Notes: generated by a model from the letters alone, not told the origin. A DNA stretch of 63,211 bases, filler included, from Octopus bimaculoides (GCF_001194135.2; 3 parts of 3 records of this genome joined end to end with filler, not necessarily neighbours in it), one strand, 5' to 3'; numbered from the whole stretch's first letter, positions 23,717 through 37,094 are shown. Numbers and translations are program-made.

Positions 23717-25344
23717 TGTGCGTGTGGTTGCAGCGCTATTACAGATATAAAATGCCACACTGATGTGAGTCTAGAATTCTTGTTGCAATATTCTTGTCGC
23801 ATACGAAGTTGATTTATGCAAATGTAGGAAGTATATGTTATGTTGTTGTTTAGCCCCGTCTCAGCTGTGTTGGAACAGAGCTATGAATCAAATATAACCA
23901 GAGAATGCTGCATCGCTTTATCTAGCGGTGCTTACTTGTTAAAAACGACAGTTGTAACGTGAAAAGAAGCGGCTACATAGAGTTACTTTGACTGGTGATA
24001 AGAACGGGTGTAGGTCCATGTATGTAATTGGTATATTATCGACTGAAATTGTCACATGAATTCAATAGTGATGAATTTGCATTACATTTTAAAATACGTG
24101 CGGAGGAAATCAAGATAATTATCAGTTTATTTTTCTTTTTCATCCTTTTCTCAATGAATTCTTGAAAGTACAACATTTCAAATATATTTCTATTGACATC
24201 TATATTCTATAAGTCTGCAACAGAAATATGCCAGCCATTTGTTAACATTTAATTTACTTTGGCAGCTCATTTTTGCCACATTATTTATCGCTTTTTTTTA
24301 TCGTATTAAACTGACTCTTTGAAAGTTAAAAAATGTTTTATTTTATTTCCACATTTTGCAGACTAAATTGATGTTTTAGCGTACACAATTACTCTCGTAT
24401 AATTTACGGCGCAAGCACAGATCACCACAGTATATATATATATATATATATATATNNNNNNNNNNNNNNNNNNNNNNNNNNNNNNNNNNNNNNNNNNNNN
24501 NNNNNNNNNNNNNNNNNNNNNNNNNNNNNNNNNNNNNNNNNNNNNNNNNNNNNNNNNNNNNNNNNNNNNNNNNNNNNNNNNNNNNNNNNNNNNNNNNNNN
24601 NNNNNNNNNNNNNNNNNNNNNNNNNNNNNNNNNNNNNNNNNNNNNNNNNNNNNNNNNNNNNNNNNNNNNNNNNNNNNNNNNNNNNNNNNNNNNNNNNNNN
24701 NNNNNNNNNNNNNNNNNNNNNNNNNNNNNNNNNNNNNNNNNNNNNNNNNNNNNNNNNNNNNNNNNNNNNNNNNNNNNNNNNNNNNNNNNNNNNNNNNNNN
24801 NNNNNNNNNNNNNNNNNNNNNNNNNNNNNNNNNNNNNNNNNNNNNNNNNNNNNNNNNNNNNNNNNNNNNNNNNNNNNNNNNNNNNNNNNNNNNNNNNNNN
24901 NNNNNNNNNNNNNNNNNNNNNNNNNNNNNNNNNNNNNNNNNNNNNNNNNNNNNNNNNNNNNNNNNNNNNNNNNNNNNNNNNNNNNNNNNNNNNNNNNNNN
25001 NNNNNNNNNNNNNNNNNNNNNNNNNNNNNNNNNNNNNNNNNNNNNNNNNNNNNNNNNNNNNNNNNNNNNNNNNNNNNNNNNNNNNNNNNNNNNNNNNNNN
25101 NNNNNNNNNNNNNNNNNNNNNNNNNNNNNNNNNNNNNNNNNNNNNNNNNNNNNNNNNNNNNNNNNNNNNNNNNNNNNNNNNNNNNNNNNNNNNNNNNNNN
25201 NNNNNNNNNNNNNNNNNNNNNNNNNNNNNNNNNNNNNNNNNNNNNNNNNNNNNNNNNNNNNNNNNNNNNNNNNNNNNNNNNNNNNNNNNNNNNNNNNNNN
25301 NNNNNNNNNNNNNNNNNNNNNNTGTATGTATGTGTGTGTGTGTA

Positions 25345-25566
25345 TGTATGTTTGTGTCTGTGTTTGTCCCCCCAACATCGCTTGACAACCGATGATGGTG
25401 TGTTTACGTCCCAGTAACTTAGCGGTCCGGCAAAAGAAACTGATAGAATAAGTACTAGGCTTCCAAAAAAATAAGTCCTGGGGTCGATTTGCTCGACTAA
25501 AAGTGGTGCTCCAGCATGGCCACAGTCAAATGACTGAAACAAGTAAAAGAGTAAAAGAGTAAAGAG
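25345..25566 (+). mobile_element. SINE 3' half (second family), well preserved
   Basis: GTGTTTGTCCCCCCAACATCGCTTGACAACCGATG..CTTAGCGGTCCGGCAAAAG..GGTGCTCCAGCATGGCCACAGTCAAATGACTGAAACAAGTAAAAGAGTAAAAGAG. Confidence 0.85.
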
Positions 25567-25689
25567 TATATGAAGAAAATGCTAAAATAATTTCATAAAA
25601 AAACATTTCAGTACCAGTTTCGGTCATTGAGACTTTTTCAACTTTAAGTATGGAAATAAATTAAATTTTGGAAAAATTAAAAGGAAAGT

Positions 25690-26470
25690 ATTTTAAAAGA
25701 ATATTTGCATAGTATTCAAATATTAGGGGCATTTTCCTTGTTTCTGCCTGTCTCTGTCTCTCTTGTTTACTCTTGTGTTTTCGAGATCGTTGTGAATTCT
25801 TGGCACAGAATGATAATAATAATAAGAAGAAGAAGAAGAAGAAGAAGAATGCAGGAGTGCTATGATAGTGGTAGGATGTTGGATGGTCAAGAGCCCTGAA
25901 AGTGACTTGTTGTGGATGGTAGTAGTGATTGAATTCTTTAGACATCTCTGTTGAATGTATTGTTTATAATATTTGCATAGGTTTTATTCTAAACAGCAGT
26001 AGTAGTAAAGTAAGGAAGGAGGTGGCGGAGAGGAAGAAGAAGACGATGAAGAAGGAGAAAATGAAGAGAGAATAATAAGAGAATGCGGGATGGTATGATA
26101 GTAGTAGAATGTTAAATGGTCAAGTGACCTAAAAGTGCCTCGTTGTGGATTGGGACTGTTTTTAATGAATTCTTGGGTTTCTCTTGAATGTATCATTTTT
26201 AATATTTGCGTGTGCGTTTGTGTTATTCTAAGGCCGTGGTGGATATGTCGTTTGTTGTAGATGCGTTTAAAAGGGTCGGTATTTTGTAATAAAGAGAGTC
26301 TCTTTACTAATTCATTGGCTACAGGTTGTATCGTCCCTGAATTGGTAGAGGGGAAAAATTCTGAAGCTTGGATTTTTGTTATTGGCACAAATGTCGATGT
26401 GTTGGCTGAATGCAATTTTTCTGTTTTGGGGAATTTTGATCTGGGATCTGTGCAGAGCCATCCTTTGACG
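25690..26470 (-). mobile_element. Decayed Penelope-like 3' end with duplicated terminal segment
   Basis: Fragmentary endonuclease-like peptide (ORF 25984..26415). Segments 25850-25975 and 26080-26210 are homologous, and each follows a (GAA)n/(AAT)n tract. Confidence 0.5.
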
Positions 26471-27765
26471 TAGACTGTTTTTTGTTTGGCCTATCTACAC
26501 GGCACTGCACTCTACGCTACATGCAACGCTATACGTTTTAAGCATATACACATCACTGGAACCTCCTCTTTCTCGTTCTGTCTACACATAGACTCTCACA
26601 TACCCGTCTATATTGTTGAACACACAGTAACTATATTAGCACCCGTCACCAAGTCTGTATATACAGAGTGTATATTAATAATGAGAAAGATGGAAAACAA
26701 ATCAGAATGTTGTGAATTAGATTAGTTTCTATTACAAAAATTAATATCGTCATCTGTAATGTTACACATTTTAAACTTATGAATATATATATATATATAT
26801 ATATATATANNNNNNNNNNNNNNNNNNNNNNNNNNNNNNNNNNNNNNNNNNNNNNNNNNNNNNNNNNNNNNNNNNNNNNNNNNNNNNNNNNNNNNNNNNN
26901 NNNNNNNNNNNNNNNNNNNNNNNNNNNNNNNNNNNNNNNNNNNNNNNNNNNNNNNNNNNNNNNNNNNNNNNNNNNNNNNNNNNNNNNNNNNNNNNNNNNN
27001 NNNNNNNNNNNNNNNNNNNNNNNNNNNNNNNNNNNNNNNNNNNNNNNNNNNNNNNNNNNNNNNNNNNNNNNNNNNNNNNNNNNNNNNNNNNNNNNNNNNN
27101 NNNNNNNNNNNNNNNNNNNNNNNNNNNNNNNNNNNNNNNNNNNNNNNNNNNNNNNNNNNNNNNNNNNNNNNNNNNNNNNNNNNNNNNNNNNNNNNNNNNN
27201 NATATATATATATACATATATGAATAATGAAATGATATCTGATGTTTCTTGATACAAACAAACACGCACACATATATGTATACATACACAAATATATGAA
27301 AATAACCATATGTAGACACACGCGCATCGACACATAGCCTAATTCAACACGTACAAACTTAATTCTCATTACTATCGTAGACCAACCTCTCGCCTTATCC
27401 CTATGATATGTAGTTGCATTAACCCTGCTACACATCACATCACCTTCAGAATCTAAATTCTTAGTGGCATAGACAACCGACGTCTTGTATAAACTGCTAA
27501 TCCATTACATAACAACTTAGGCATTACCACTGACACGTTTAAGTTACGGTATAATGATCGTCTTCACATTAACACCAATTGAATGAATAAAAATAAAACA
27601 TGGTTATTCGGTTTTATAAGGGGTTTAAAGAAACAAGATTTCTGCTTCTGCGAAAAAAATTTATTGTACACCAGATTTTTACAATATCCCTGCTTTCAAT
27701 AGTTTTACAGCAAATGTGTTTTCTTCTATGGTCATAACAGGAATAACTCAAGTATTACGATGGCG

Positions 27766-27793
27766 ACTACTACTACTACTACTGCTGCTGCTG

Positions 27794-27859
<66 letters not shown>
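27766..27859. repeat. (TAC)n/(TGC)n microsatellite
   Basis: Direct observation. Confidence 0.95.
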
Positions 27860-28752
27860 TTTTATCAACTTCTATTTATAGTACGTAAAAAGCCTATACT
27901 ATAACCACATGTCACACTGCAGTCTATATTACAATGACTCCCATATTATTTCCCTTACCTGTTCGTTTTCTACCTCTCTACTTCACATATGCAACCCGTT
28001 CTTCAACTTCTACATCTCGTCTCTCTGCCAACACTCAATCCCATTTCTATTCACTCATTTATTAATCATCACAAAGTATAACTTTTCATTTCCTGGTTAC
28101 AACAAACAATTCATCAATATTTTATACACACAACTCTTTTTACAAACAGACCTCCCCCCTCATCTAAACCAATGTGATGTTCCAAAACATTTAACCAATA
28201 TTTATTATTTACTTATCTTTCTCATCTTTCGTCTTTGCTAAACTCAACGATTTCCAACGAAACCATTTCCATCTCTTCTACAACCAAGATTTTCGCCTGA
28301 GGCTGATTCTCCAGTGATTTCAATCTTCACTTTTAGTTTTGTTGCTTTTTGATTAAGCATTGACATGAAAAAACTTTCTCCGTTCTGAACCTCTATTAAT
28401 AATACATGCACAAAGACACGCGCGCACACATGCGCACAATACTCACACTCATTTATAGATACATATTCACGCATGTATATACATATAAGTATAAATATGC
28501 ATGTATACACACACACACACACACATATACATATATATATATACATATACATATATATATATATATATTATTTTGCTTAAAAGAGTTCCAACACTGTGTG
28601 TTTTTTATGTTTTATTTATATTCCTGNNNNNNNNNNNNNNNNNNNNNNNNNNNNNNNNNNNNNNNNNNNNNNNNNNNNNNNNNNNNNNNNNNNNNNNNNN
28701 NNNNNNNNNNNNNNNNNNNNNNNNNNNNNNNNNNNNNNNNNNNNNNNNNNNN

Positions 28753-28783
<31 letters not shown>

Positions 28784-29763
28784 TATATATATATATATGC
28801 ATACATATATGCATCAATGGTGTGTTAGTGTATTTTTTTTTTCTATGCCTTCGAAGCAAACTCATTTAATTTCCTACACGAAGATAACTCTCTCATATAA
28901 CCAATCATAAGACACTAGCCAAATTTTAATGCAACTCTATTTTGTTTGCTTTCATATTTCGCACAATTATTTATTATTTCACTTTTCCATGTCTTTACAA
29001 TATTTTTTCCTATTCCATGTAGCTATGTTTACATTAGTAAAGTCTTCTATATATTACCCTCTGTAGCTCAAGTTAAATAGCCACCAAATTATTCTCGTTC
29101 CTATGAACTCTTTAACTAAAGGTTCGAAAATACACCACACTAATTCCGTTTATTCTCTAAGGTAACAGAAAAGAATATTATTATCATATTTTATTAATAT
29201 TATTGATAATAGTTGATGATTTATTTTCCTTCTCATCTATTTCTTACATAGATTTCTTTACAATTTACATTAATAATCTTTTCCATCTGTGGTAAACCTA
29301 TTTACACATTATCAAATCTAGTTTCTTTTGAAAATAATATATTTTTCTCGTCTCTTCAAAGCAATCATATAAACATGTCTCCATCTGTCCTCTTCTTTTG
29401 CATTTCTCTTTCTTAACTCTCACATTTTCTTTCCAGTTAAAAAAGACTGAGTCAAGCTCTACAAACTCTCTCTCTCTTTCTCCGTATTCTCTTCCATTAG
29501 TTTTTATTTTCTTTCTCCTACGTGTCTTTGTAAACAAATCCTATTTTTTCAATCCAACAAGTTTATTAGTTTATTTGTAATTCTAGTGTTACGCAATCGC
29601 TTTTGTCCTTATAAGGAAACCTTAGCTTAACATAACTCCACCTCAATTTTGTCTATATAGCCCTCTATCGTACTTGGCAAAAATATCTTAACCACTATTT
29701 CGTTACATAAGTTCTATGTTTCGAAACGGTGTGTGTGGAGAATAGCTATATATATATATATAT

Positions 29764-29863
29764 NNNNNNNNNNNNNNNNNNNNNNNNNNNNNNNNNNNNN
29801 NNNNNNNTTAATTAATTAANNNNNNNNNNNNNNNNNNNNNNNNNNNNNNNNNNNNNNNNNNNN
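29764..29863. other. Artificial scaffold-join spacer 44N-TTAATTAATTAA-44N
   Basis: Exactly 100 bp, with a palindromic 12-mer giving stops in all six frames. Identical construct at 61850-61949. Confidence 0.95.
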
Positions 29864-30231
29864 TATATATATTTATATATGTGTGTGTGTGTGTGTGTAT
29901 GTATATATATAAAGAGAGAAAGAGTGAGAGGGAGAGAATGAGACAGAGAAAGAGAGAGAGAAAGAGAATGACTGAGAGAAAGGCATACATAAAATGAGAC
30001 GCATCTATACACAAATGTACACTTACATATCTTTGGTTAGAGTACATATGTACATAATTTCAGAGACGTAAACTTACTTTCATTATAACATTTTCCTTTT
30101 TATAATGGTTTGACTCTCATGAATGCACCCACGGACATTCATATGAATTGTATACACACATACAAACACACAGACACTCACATACATAGTTAGTTATACA
30201 TGTATATATAGGTATACATACACACATAAAT

Positions 30232-30272
<41 letters not shown>

Positions 30273-30718
30273 NNNNNNNNNNNNNNNNNNNNNNNNNNNN
30301 NNNNNNNNNNNNNNNNNNNNNNNNNNNNNNNNNNNNNNNNNNNNNNNNNNNNNNNNNNNNNNNNNNNNNNNNNNNNNNNNNNNNNNNNNNNNNNNNNNNN
30401 NNNNNNNNNNNNNNNNNNNNNNNNNNNNNNNNNNNNNNNNNNNNNNNNNNNNNNNNNNNNNNNNNNNNNNNNNNNNNNNNNNNNNNNNNNNNNNNNNNNN
30501 NNNNNNNNNNNNNNNNNNNNNNNNNNNNNNNNNNNNNNNNNNNNNNNNNNNNNNNNNNNNNNNNNNNNNNNNNNNNNNNNNNNNNNNNNNNNNNNNNNNN
30601 NNNNNNNNNNNNNNNNNNNNNNNNNNNNNNNNNNNNNNNNNNNNNNNNNNNNNNNNNNNNNNNNNNNNNNNNNNNNNNNNNNNNNNNNNNNNNNNNNNNN
30701 NNNNNNNNNNNNNNNNNN

Positions 30719-31431
30719 CCTATCACTGCTGTAAATCACTTTTGGGATGCTGTAGAGCTGGGCCGTCGAAATTTGCTTAATATCTTCTGAGTGCTTTTTT
30801 TTTGAGCTTTGGGAATAGCCAAAAGCCAGAGCGATCCAAGTCTGGGGAGTAGGAAGCCTGAAAATGAAGTGGTGTATTTTGTTTGACGAGGAATGTTTGG
30901 ACGACATGGGTGAAATGGTCGGGTGCTTTGTCACTTTGTCATGGAGTTGTCAGTTCTTTGCTGCCCAAACAGTCTTCATAGACTATTCCTAGAACCTTTT
31001 CGATCATTTCGTCGTTTCTCTTAGTCGATGGTCTGTCACAATGCTGCTCACTGCTCACTGAGGTGCGGCCATCATTGAACTGGTTGTACCACTCCTTTAT
31101 TCGTAGGTTTTTCCCATAGCATCATCTCCAAAGGCCTTCTGAATCTTCTCAATAATATGGGTTTGTGTATCTCCAAGTTTTTCGCAGAATTTGATACAGT
31201 ATCTTTGCTCAATGCGCTCAGTCATCTTGACTCAAAAAGAAAAATTGCACAGTACACTCTTCACGTGTGTACTCAACGCGTCACTGCGGGTGAATGGCGC
31301 AACCTACAGACACAAAGATTTTTGTGCCTGCTCAGGAAGGACACGGCCACTGAATACTTATGCGGATTTTGCTCTTGCATTATTATTTTGTGCAAAACGA
31401 TCAAGGTCGGATACTTTTTGACTACACCTCA
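30719..31431 (-). mobile_element. Internally deleted mariner transposon relic
   Basis: TIR TGAGGTGTAGTCAAAAAGTATCCG next to TA at 31432-33. ATG at 31225 gives MTERIEQRYCIKFCEKLGDTQ..IQKAFGDDAMG..IKEWYNQFNDGRTSV. Decayed DD34D C-terminal remnant (HDKV..H..NKI..) near 30950-30720. Confidence 0.85.
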
Positions 31432-32142
31432 TACGTAAGTAGAAAATCATATCGTTATTTTAGATCACACCTTAATAATCCAACAATTGTTTCAATAGCA
31501 TTAACATACACACACAGACACACACACACACATACAGTATTATTAAAATCAATAATGATATCTACGAAAATATCTGTCAGCACAACATTATCAAGATAAT
31601 CCAAATTGGTTAAATTCCAACTGAACATCTGAAAAATTGTATAAGATTCTATAACACTATTATATGAAAAGTTGCATTTTACATGTGCTAATAAAACTAA
31701 TATTTTCCATATTGATAATTCATTCGTTATAGAATTCAGATGCGTGTTCATTCTTAACCCACCAAAATATTTAAGCTTTCGTTTTCCGTGTGGTAATGTT
31801 AACTGATGGATATAGCGAACATAAACCCCGAAAGATCGTGAAAAAGTCATAACAAGTTGAATGATATTGTACTAGAAATATATATGAGACAGAATTTCTT
31901 TGAATACAATTCTGTGTCATTACGGTGTTATAGAGTAAATAAATGGTATACAAACGTTTGGTATTAAAAGCTTTGTCATTCTTTAAATCGGACGACTGCT
32001 TTTATAATAAAAACGGAAATCCGTAACACGATATAACACTCTCACTGTTTTAACAGGCAAAATTTGGAATTCCTTCTACCAGATATATCCGTCTGAAATT
32101 GCTTTTTGAAGTAACAGAATGTAAGAATGGAAATCAGCGAGA

Positions 32143-32194
<52 letters not shown>

Positions 32195-32470
32195 AAACTA
32201 ATCTATAACACATTTCAATACGGTATGTATGCTCCTTCGAAGAAGTCCCCTTTTGAGTCGACACACTTTAACCAGCGTCGACTCCACTGACGGAAGCATT
32301 CCTGGACTCCTTTTAGGGTATAGAGAATAGTCACATTCTCTAGAATTTCTTTGACATATTGAAATCCTGTCTGTTTCAAGTGGGATTCCATTCAGTCCTT
32401 TGTTTTGGTCGTAGCCATAGACCCAAAACTTGTCACCTGTTATGACCGTTTTCAAAATGTTTCGACTCAA
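32195..32470 (-). mobile_element. Mariner transposase 3' fragment (internally deleted)
   Basis: ILKTVITGDKFWVYGYD (TGDETW motif) fused to QECFRQWSRRWLKCVDSKGDFFEGA (C-terminus). Confidence 0.8.
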
Positions 32471-32693
32471 CCAAGGGGATATTGCACAGCTAAAATCCGA
32501 CCTTCTTAGGGAGACGGCCAGACGCCACAGACTTTCATTTGAAGCACTGCTATAGATAAAGGAGGGTGAGAAAGTTATTCCCTAGTGGGCATGCGCCACA
32601 AAGTTCAAGGTCAATCTCAGTCAAGTAGCCTCAATCACCGTACTTTACCTCTGTTACCATAGCAACAGTCGTGATAATTTTTGATTAGACCTC

Positions 32694-32731
<38 letters not shown>

Positions 32732-32793
32732 NNNNNNNNNNNNNNNNNNNNNNNNNNNNNNNNNNNNNNNNNNNNNNNNNNNNNNNNNNNNNN

Positions 32794-32842
<49 letters not shown>

Positions 32843-33562
32843 TATAAATTATTAGTGTGGCTATTCGCAATTTACAAACGAAAGGTAATATATATATGTG
32901 TGTGTGTGTTTGTGTATTTATGCATGTACTTCTGTGTGTGTGTGTGTGTGTGTGTGTATGTACACACATTCATACACATACACATAAGGATAGTTTGTTT
33001 TGTTAACATAATTAATTAAATACTGGATTACAGTATTCAAATCCACTGGGAATTTTTAAAACCAGACTCTCGATTCCTGTTCCATTTATTCTTCCAGTAG
33101 TCCCCCACTCCAGAAAAGTTTCTCTTTTGTTTTCTCCAGTGTGAAATCATTAGATGGCGTCAATTTAAACTGTTAATTAAAATTACAGGATAGGAATTTG
33201 CTGACATATTATATATTGGTTCTAATAGAAATTTTATTGCTAAATACCTTACAATATGCAGTCTGGTCTCTATAAACCCCAAATTTAAATTTGGCCAGGT
33301 CATCATGACTTTTATCTCGCCAAGGTTCATAAAATTTATTCTTGTATCATAGCAGAGCCGATATGGGTGATCAAACTGATCAATTTCAACAAATGGTCTG
33401 TGGCTAATTAATAAATCTAATTATTTAATTTAATTATTATGGTATCATTACTGCAGACTGCACATGCGCCTCTTTAGAAGTTCTTTTATATTTATCAATC
33501 ATGATGTTCCAAACGAATCAATCTGCTTTGCAGTTCTTTGACTTGGGCGTGACAACACTCAC

Positions 33563-33616
33563 ACAGTTCACTGAGGCCGCCATCCAAGCACGTGGGTTTG
33601 TAGTTACATCTGTGAT
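33563..33616 (-). CDS. Candidate exon 3 of a hypothetical gene (ITDVTTNPRAWMAASVNC, phase 0-0)
   Basis: 54 nt with acceptor ..atgtatag and strong donor GTGAGT. In frame with candidate exons 1 and 2. Confidence 0.4.
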
Positions 33617-34128
33617 CTATACATTTCGCAATTACATTAAGTTTTAACGCATAATCTAGTATTGAACAAAGACTACATGTTCTATAGTTTATTGCCATTA
33701 ACTTCAGATGCAAACACAAATTGTATGGAAACTATTCGTTTTAAAACTGGCTATTTTTATTCACAAAACAGTCAATTTAGAAAAAAAAATATGTATTCTC
33801 TGTTTAATGTTACAATAGCTTCAAAATACGTAATCATTGCTGATGTTATTTACAAATCATTGCCGCTATTAATAAACATATAACTAAACTTTCCAGTAAC
33901 AATCTATTCCCGTGAACTAACAAAGACATTTCTGGGTGGCAGAATAATTTGTTAGAAATAACAGCAACATTCCTCTCGCTTCTCATTCTGCTATCTTACA
34001 CGTTTATGTTCAATCTGAATGTCTGTCTGGAGGAAATTTCAGAAGGATACAGATCTAGGGAAGAAGAGCTGGACAAAATGTTTAATTGAAGGATCTGAGG
34101 AAGAGGTGGAATAGGTGTGTTGGTATAC

Positions 34129-34162
34129 CTGGAGAAAGTATGCAGCTTTAGAGAAGTAGAGT
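34129..34162 (-). CDS. Candidate exon 2 of a hypothetical gene (Q-LYFSKAAYFLQ, phase 2-0)
   Basis: 34 nt with acceptor ..ggtgcttgcaacag and donor CAG/GTATAC. Bridges exons 1 and 3 without stops. Confidence 0.3.
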
Positions 34163-34875
34163 CTGTTGCAAGCACCAGCAGATGAAGAAGACAGTGTATG
34201 TCACTTAATGCATGTATCACTGTTATTAGTACTGGCCTTCTTGTGGATATCATCAAGGGTGTGTGTGTGTGTGTGTGTGTGTCAGCAGCATTACTGCCCT
34301 GTAAATAGAACTCCAATGTAGGTCATATACTGCTGACCCAAATTTCAAGTTCAATAATTCAATTCTTTTCAACTCCTTTCAATCTATCATACTCTGTTAT
34401 TTGGCATTGGAGATACTTCACTTGTTACAGTGTATGTAGGCAACCTGACTAATAGGTAACATCTACCACTACCACCATCCCTTTCTCTCTCTCTCTCTTG
34501 TCCCTCTTGCAATAGTGCATGTTGTTGTGGTAACTGATTGATCCTACCCTTCACCTTTCCCTTCACAGTTGAGTTATCCACATCAGCAAGTAAAAAATAC
34601 TACTTGGTGCAAAAATGTTAATGTTTCCAGGAATATCCACCACATTACGCGCAAGAAGTAATTTAGACCAGCAAGGGAGTCTCTACATGGTTAATCCAAC
34701 CACTAGAAATAGTAGTTGAATCTTCCTGAAATTATATTGTTTTCTTAAAAAAGAAAATTTATATTGGATTATGTAGTCTTAAGTATATTATGTATATTAT
34801 GCGACGAAATCTCTTTCTGAACTGACGCGAAACCTCCACAAAGTACATTTTATAGACTGACCAGACGAAACTTAC

Positions 34876-34967
34876 TGGATGTAGTTGATACCCTCGTTTT
34901 CGAATTCGAAATAGGGTATCATAATGTACTTCATCAGCTTGCTGGTGGACTTGCTTTGCTTGGCCAT
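34876..34967 (-). CDS. Candidate first coding exon of a hypothetical gene (MAKQSKSTSKLMKYIMIPYFEFENEGINYI, phase 2)
   Basis: Good start context (aaaATGG), perfect donor GTAAGT, and strong C/G-ending codon bias against an AT-rich background (AAG, TAC, TTC, AAC, ATC, GCC). Possible upstream acceptor at 35010. No family recognised. Confidence 0.5.
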
Positions 34968-36078
34968 TTTTGCCAGCGAAAAACAGATACTCCACTCACA
35001 CAAGTTAATCTATAAACAGTCTGGAATCTTTCCTATGATTCTACAGCGCTTTTGCTCACTTTAACACCAAATTTTATTGCATAGCAGGCTTCAAAATTGT
35101 CTTCGAGTCCCGATTGCATTCTGCAAGCAAGTCAGCTGTGACAAGTAGCGTTTAGTAAGTAGTGTTTAAAGTGCTGTTACAGCTGCCTTCTTCAGGCTAG
35201 AGTAACAAAATTGGCATATCAGCTTACTAGACGCATAATAATATACTAAAATTACAATAGTCTAGAACAGTTATAACTGCCTCACCTAAAAAGTACCAAG
35301 ACTTCTCAGATGCAACTCGTGTATTAAAACAGTTCATTCTTTAATGAATATAAGCTCTTCGATAGAATCAGTCGTTGTAGTTTGTTTCTAATACTCTCCA
35401 GGGAGCAAGTATTATGAATACAAGACATAACGTATAATTTATTCACGCACATAGCTGTGTTTAAGATGTAATATAATAACAAATAATAGTACAGTAGTAC
35501 TGTTAATGTAATCTACCAACACTATTGTAAAACACACAATTTATTATTCATGAAAAATTATCATCCTTTTATTAGTGGTTGAATAATTCACAGCATTATT
35601 TTCGCTATTAGAATTATCATAGTTATAATTATTTAACAAATTGTCAGAAAAATGTAACTATACACTAAAGAACGAAAAAGCAATTAAAAATTGTAATTAC
35701 ACTTGTACAAAAGTCCAGTTTATGTGACATATAAATAACTACTGATGCATTATATTTAGTAGTCAAACAATAATAGCGGTTAATAAATATTCTAAAATAT
35801 ACAGAGCAAGTCATAAATGAATAATAAGCCATAAATCTTAATTACAAGAGGTAAGCAGAATGCTGTAGCATAATCAGTCTGTAGTGCATTTAGTTGAATA
35901 TGTAATAATATACAAACCTTCATCGTCATAATAGTAATAGTTTCTCGTTGAAGTACAAGGCCTGCAATTTTGAAAGGAGATGACGTATTTTGATACTATA
36001 AACCTCTGTATTTGACTGGTATTTTGCTTTACGATTTCGAGTGAACGTCAAAGTTAACCATGACATGATTTTTGCATG

Positions 36079-36154
<76 letters not shown>
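36079..36154. repeat. (TATC)n microsatellite followed by a SINE tail (to about 36250)
   Basis: Direct observation; tail motif CCAGTATGGCTACAGTCAAATGACTGAAA. Confidence 0.9.
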
Positions 36155-36155
<1 letters not shown>

Positions 36156-37094
36156 GGTTTAAATGTGTTTTGTGTTCGATTTGTTCGATTAAAACCCTTC
36201 AAGGCAGTCCTCCAGTATGGCTACAGTCAAATGACTGAAAAAATTAAAAGAATAGAAGATATACACATACATAGATATATAAGTAAATTTTTATTCATGT
36301 TTGACTGAAGTAACAGAGTGACTCAAGAGCATGTACGCATGTACGCATGTGTGTGCATTTATTTGGTTTCCATTTTCTACATTATTTTAGGCATTTCAGT
36401 CAATGCCAAGCTCTACACAACCTTTTTGAAATTAAAATTAAGATTCATAGGTGAAAAGCTGCATTTATCTCGAAATATGACGTGTTTCCTATTCGTTTAC
36501 CTTTGAGCGGATCGTTATTTTTTCTGATGCTGGTTGGAGGTTAGAATGTTAGTAGCTAATGATTATGCTGTTATCGAAAGACTTGAGGAAGCAAAAAAGC
36601 AATGGTAGCGATGTTTGACATTACAGCAGATGCTAACGAGGTGATAAAGTAAGCCATAAATTTGTTCACTCAATCGCTTTCTGCTTTAGACTCTCGCGGT
36701 CATGTACCTGACCACCATTGCTTGTATTTACATATAAATTGTAGGGTTTCGTTATTTTATATTGATAATGAAGTATATATAAATGTGCGTGTATTTGCGT
36801 GACATTGTCAATAAAAAATATGAAATTATTAAAAGAATCATGTAAAATTTAAAAGTACAGAATAAAATCTAATCTCCATATCACTTTCTGTTTTTTACTA
36901 TTGACAACATCTTTTTGATAGTATGATGAAGTGGATATTCAAAGTTAAGTTGTTATTTAACTCCACCGAAGTCCTGAGCGAGCAACTCTGGGTTTAAAGG
37001 CAACTAATTTCTTCTTACATACAACTTTAAATGACCATTAGTGTTCAAATATCTCGAACAAACTTCACTATGATCCTATTTCATCTACAATAAT

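Noticed and set aside
29808-29819. Palindromic TTAATTAATTAA island between N-runs, repeated at 61894-61905
   Set aside because: The exact 44N+12+44N construct with six-frame stops is an assembly spacer, not biology. Order and orientation across these joins are not sequence-supported.
11044-30934. Long ORFs of 200-446 aa in the ORF track
   Set aside because: They consist of X from N-gaps and microsatellite translations
34000-34054. 55-nt exon candidate with good acceptor and GTAAGA donor
   Set aside because: Every phase combination with the neighbouring exon candidates gives a premature stop; cannot be placed
34876-34967. Resemblance of the candidate peptide to ferritin (EAGINxQ), NCS (MGKQNSKL) or transaldolase (DATTNP)
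   Set aside because: Only 3-5 residue coincidences; no gene symbol assigned
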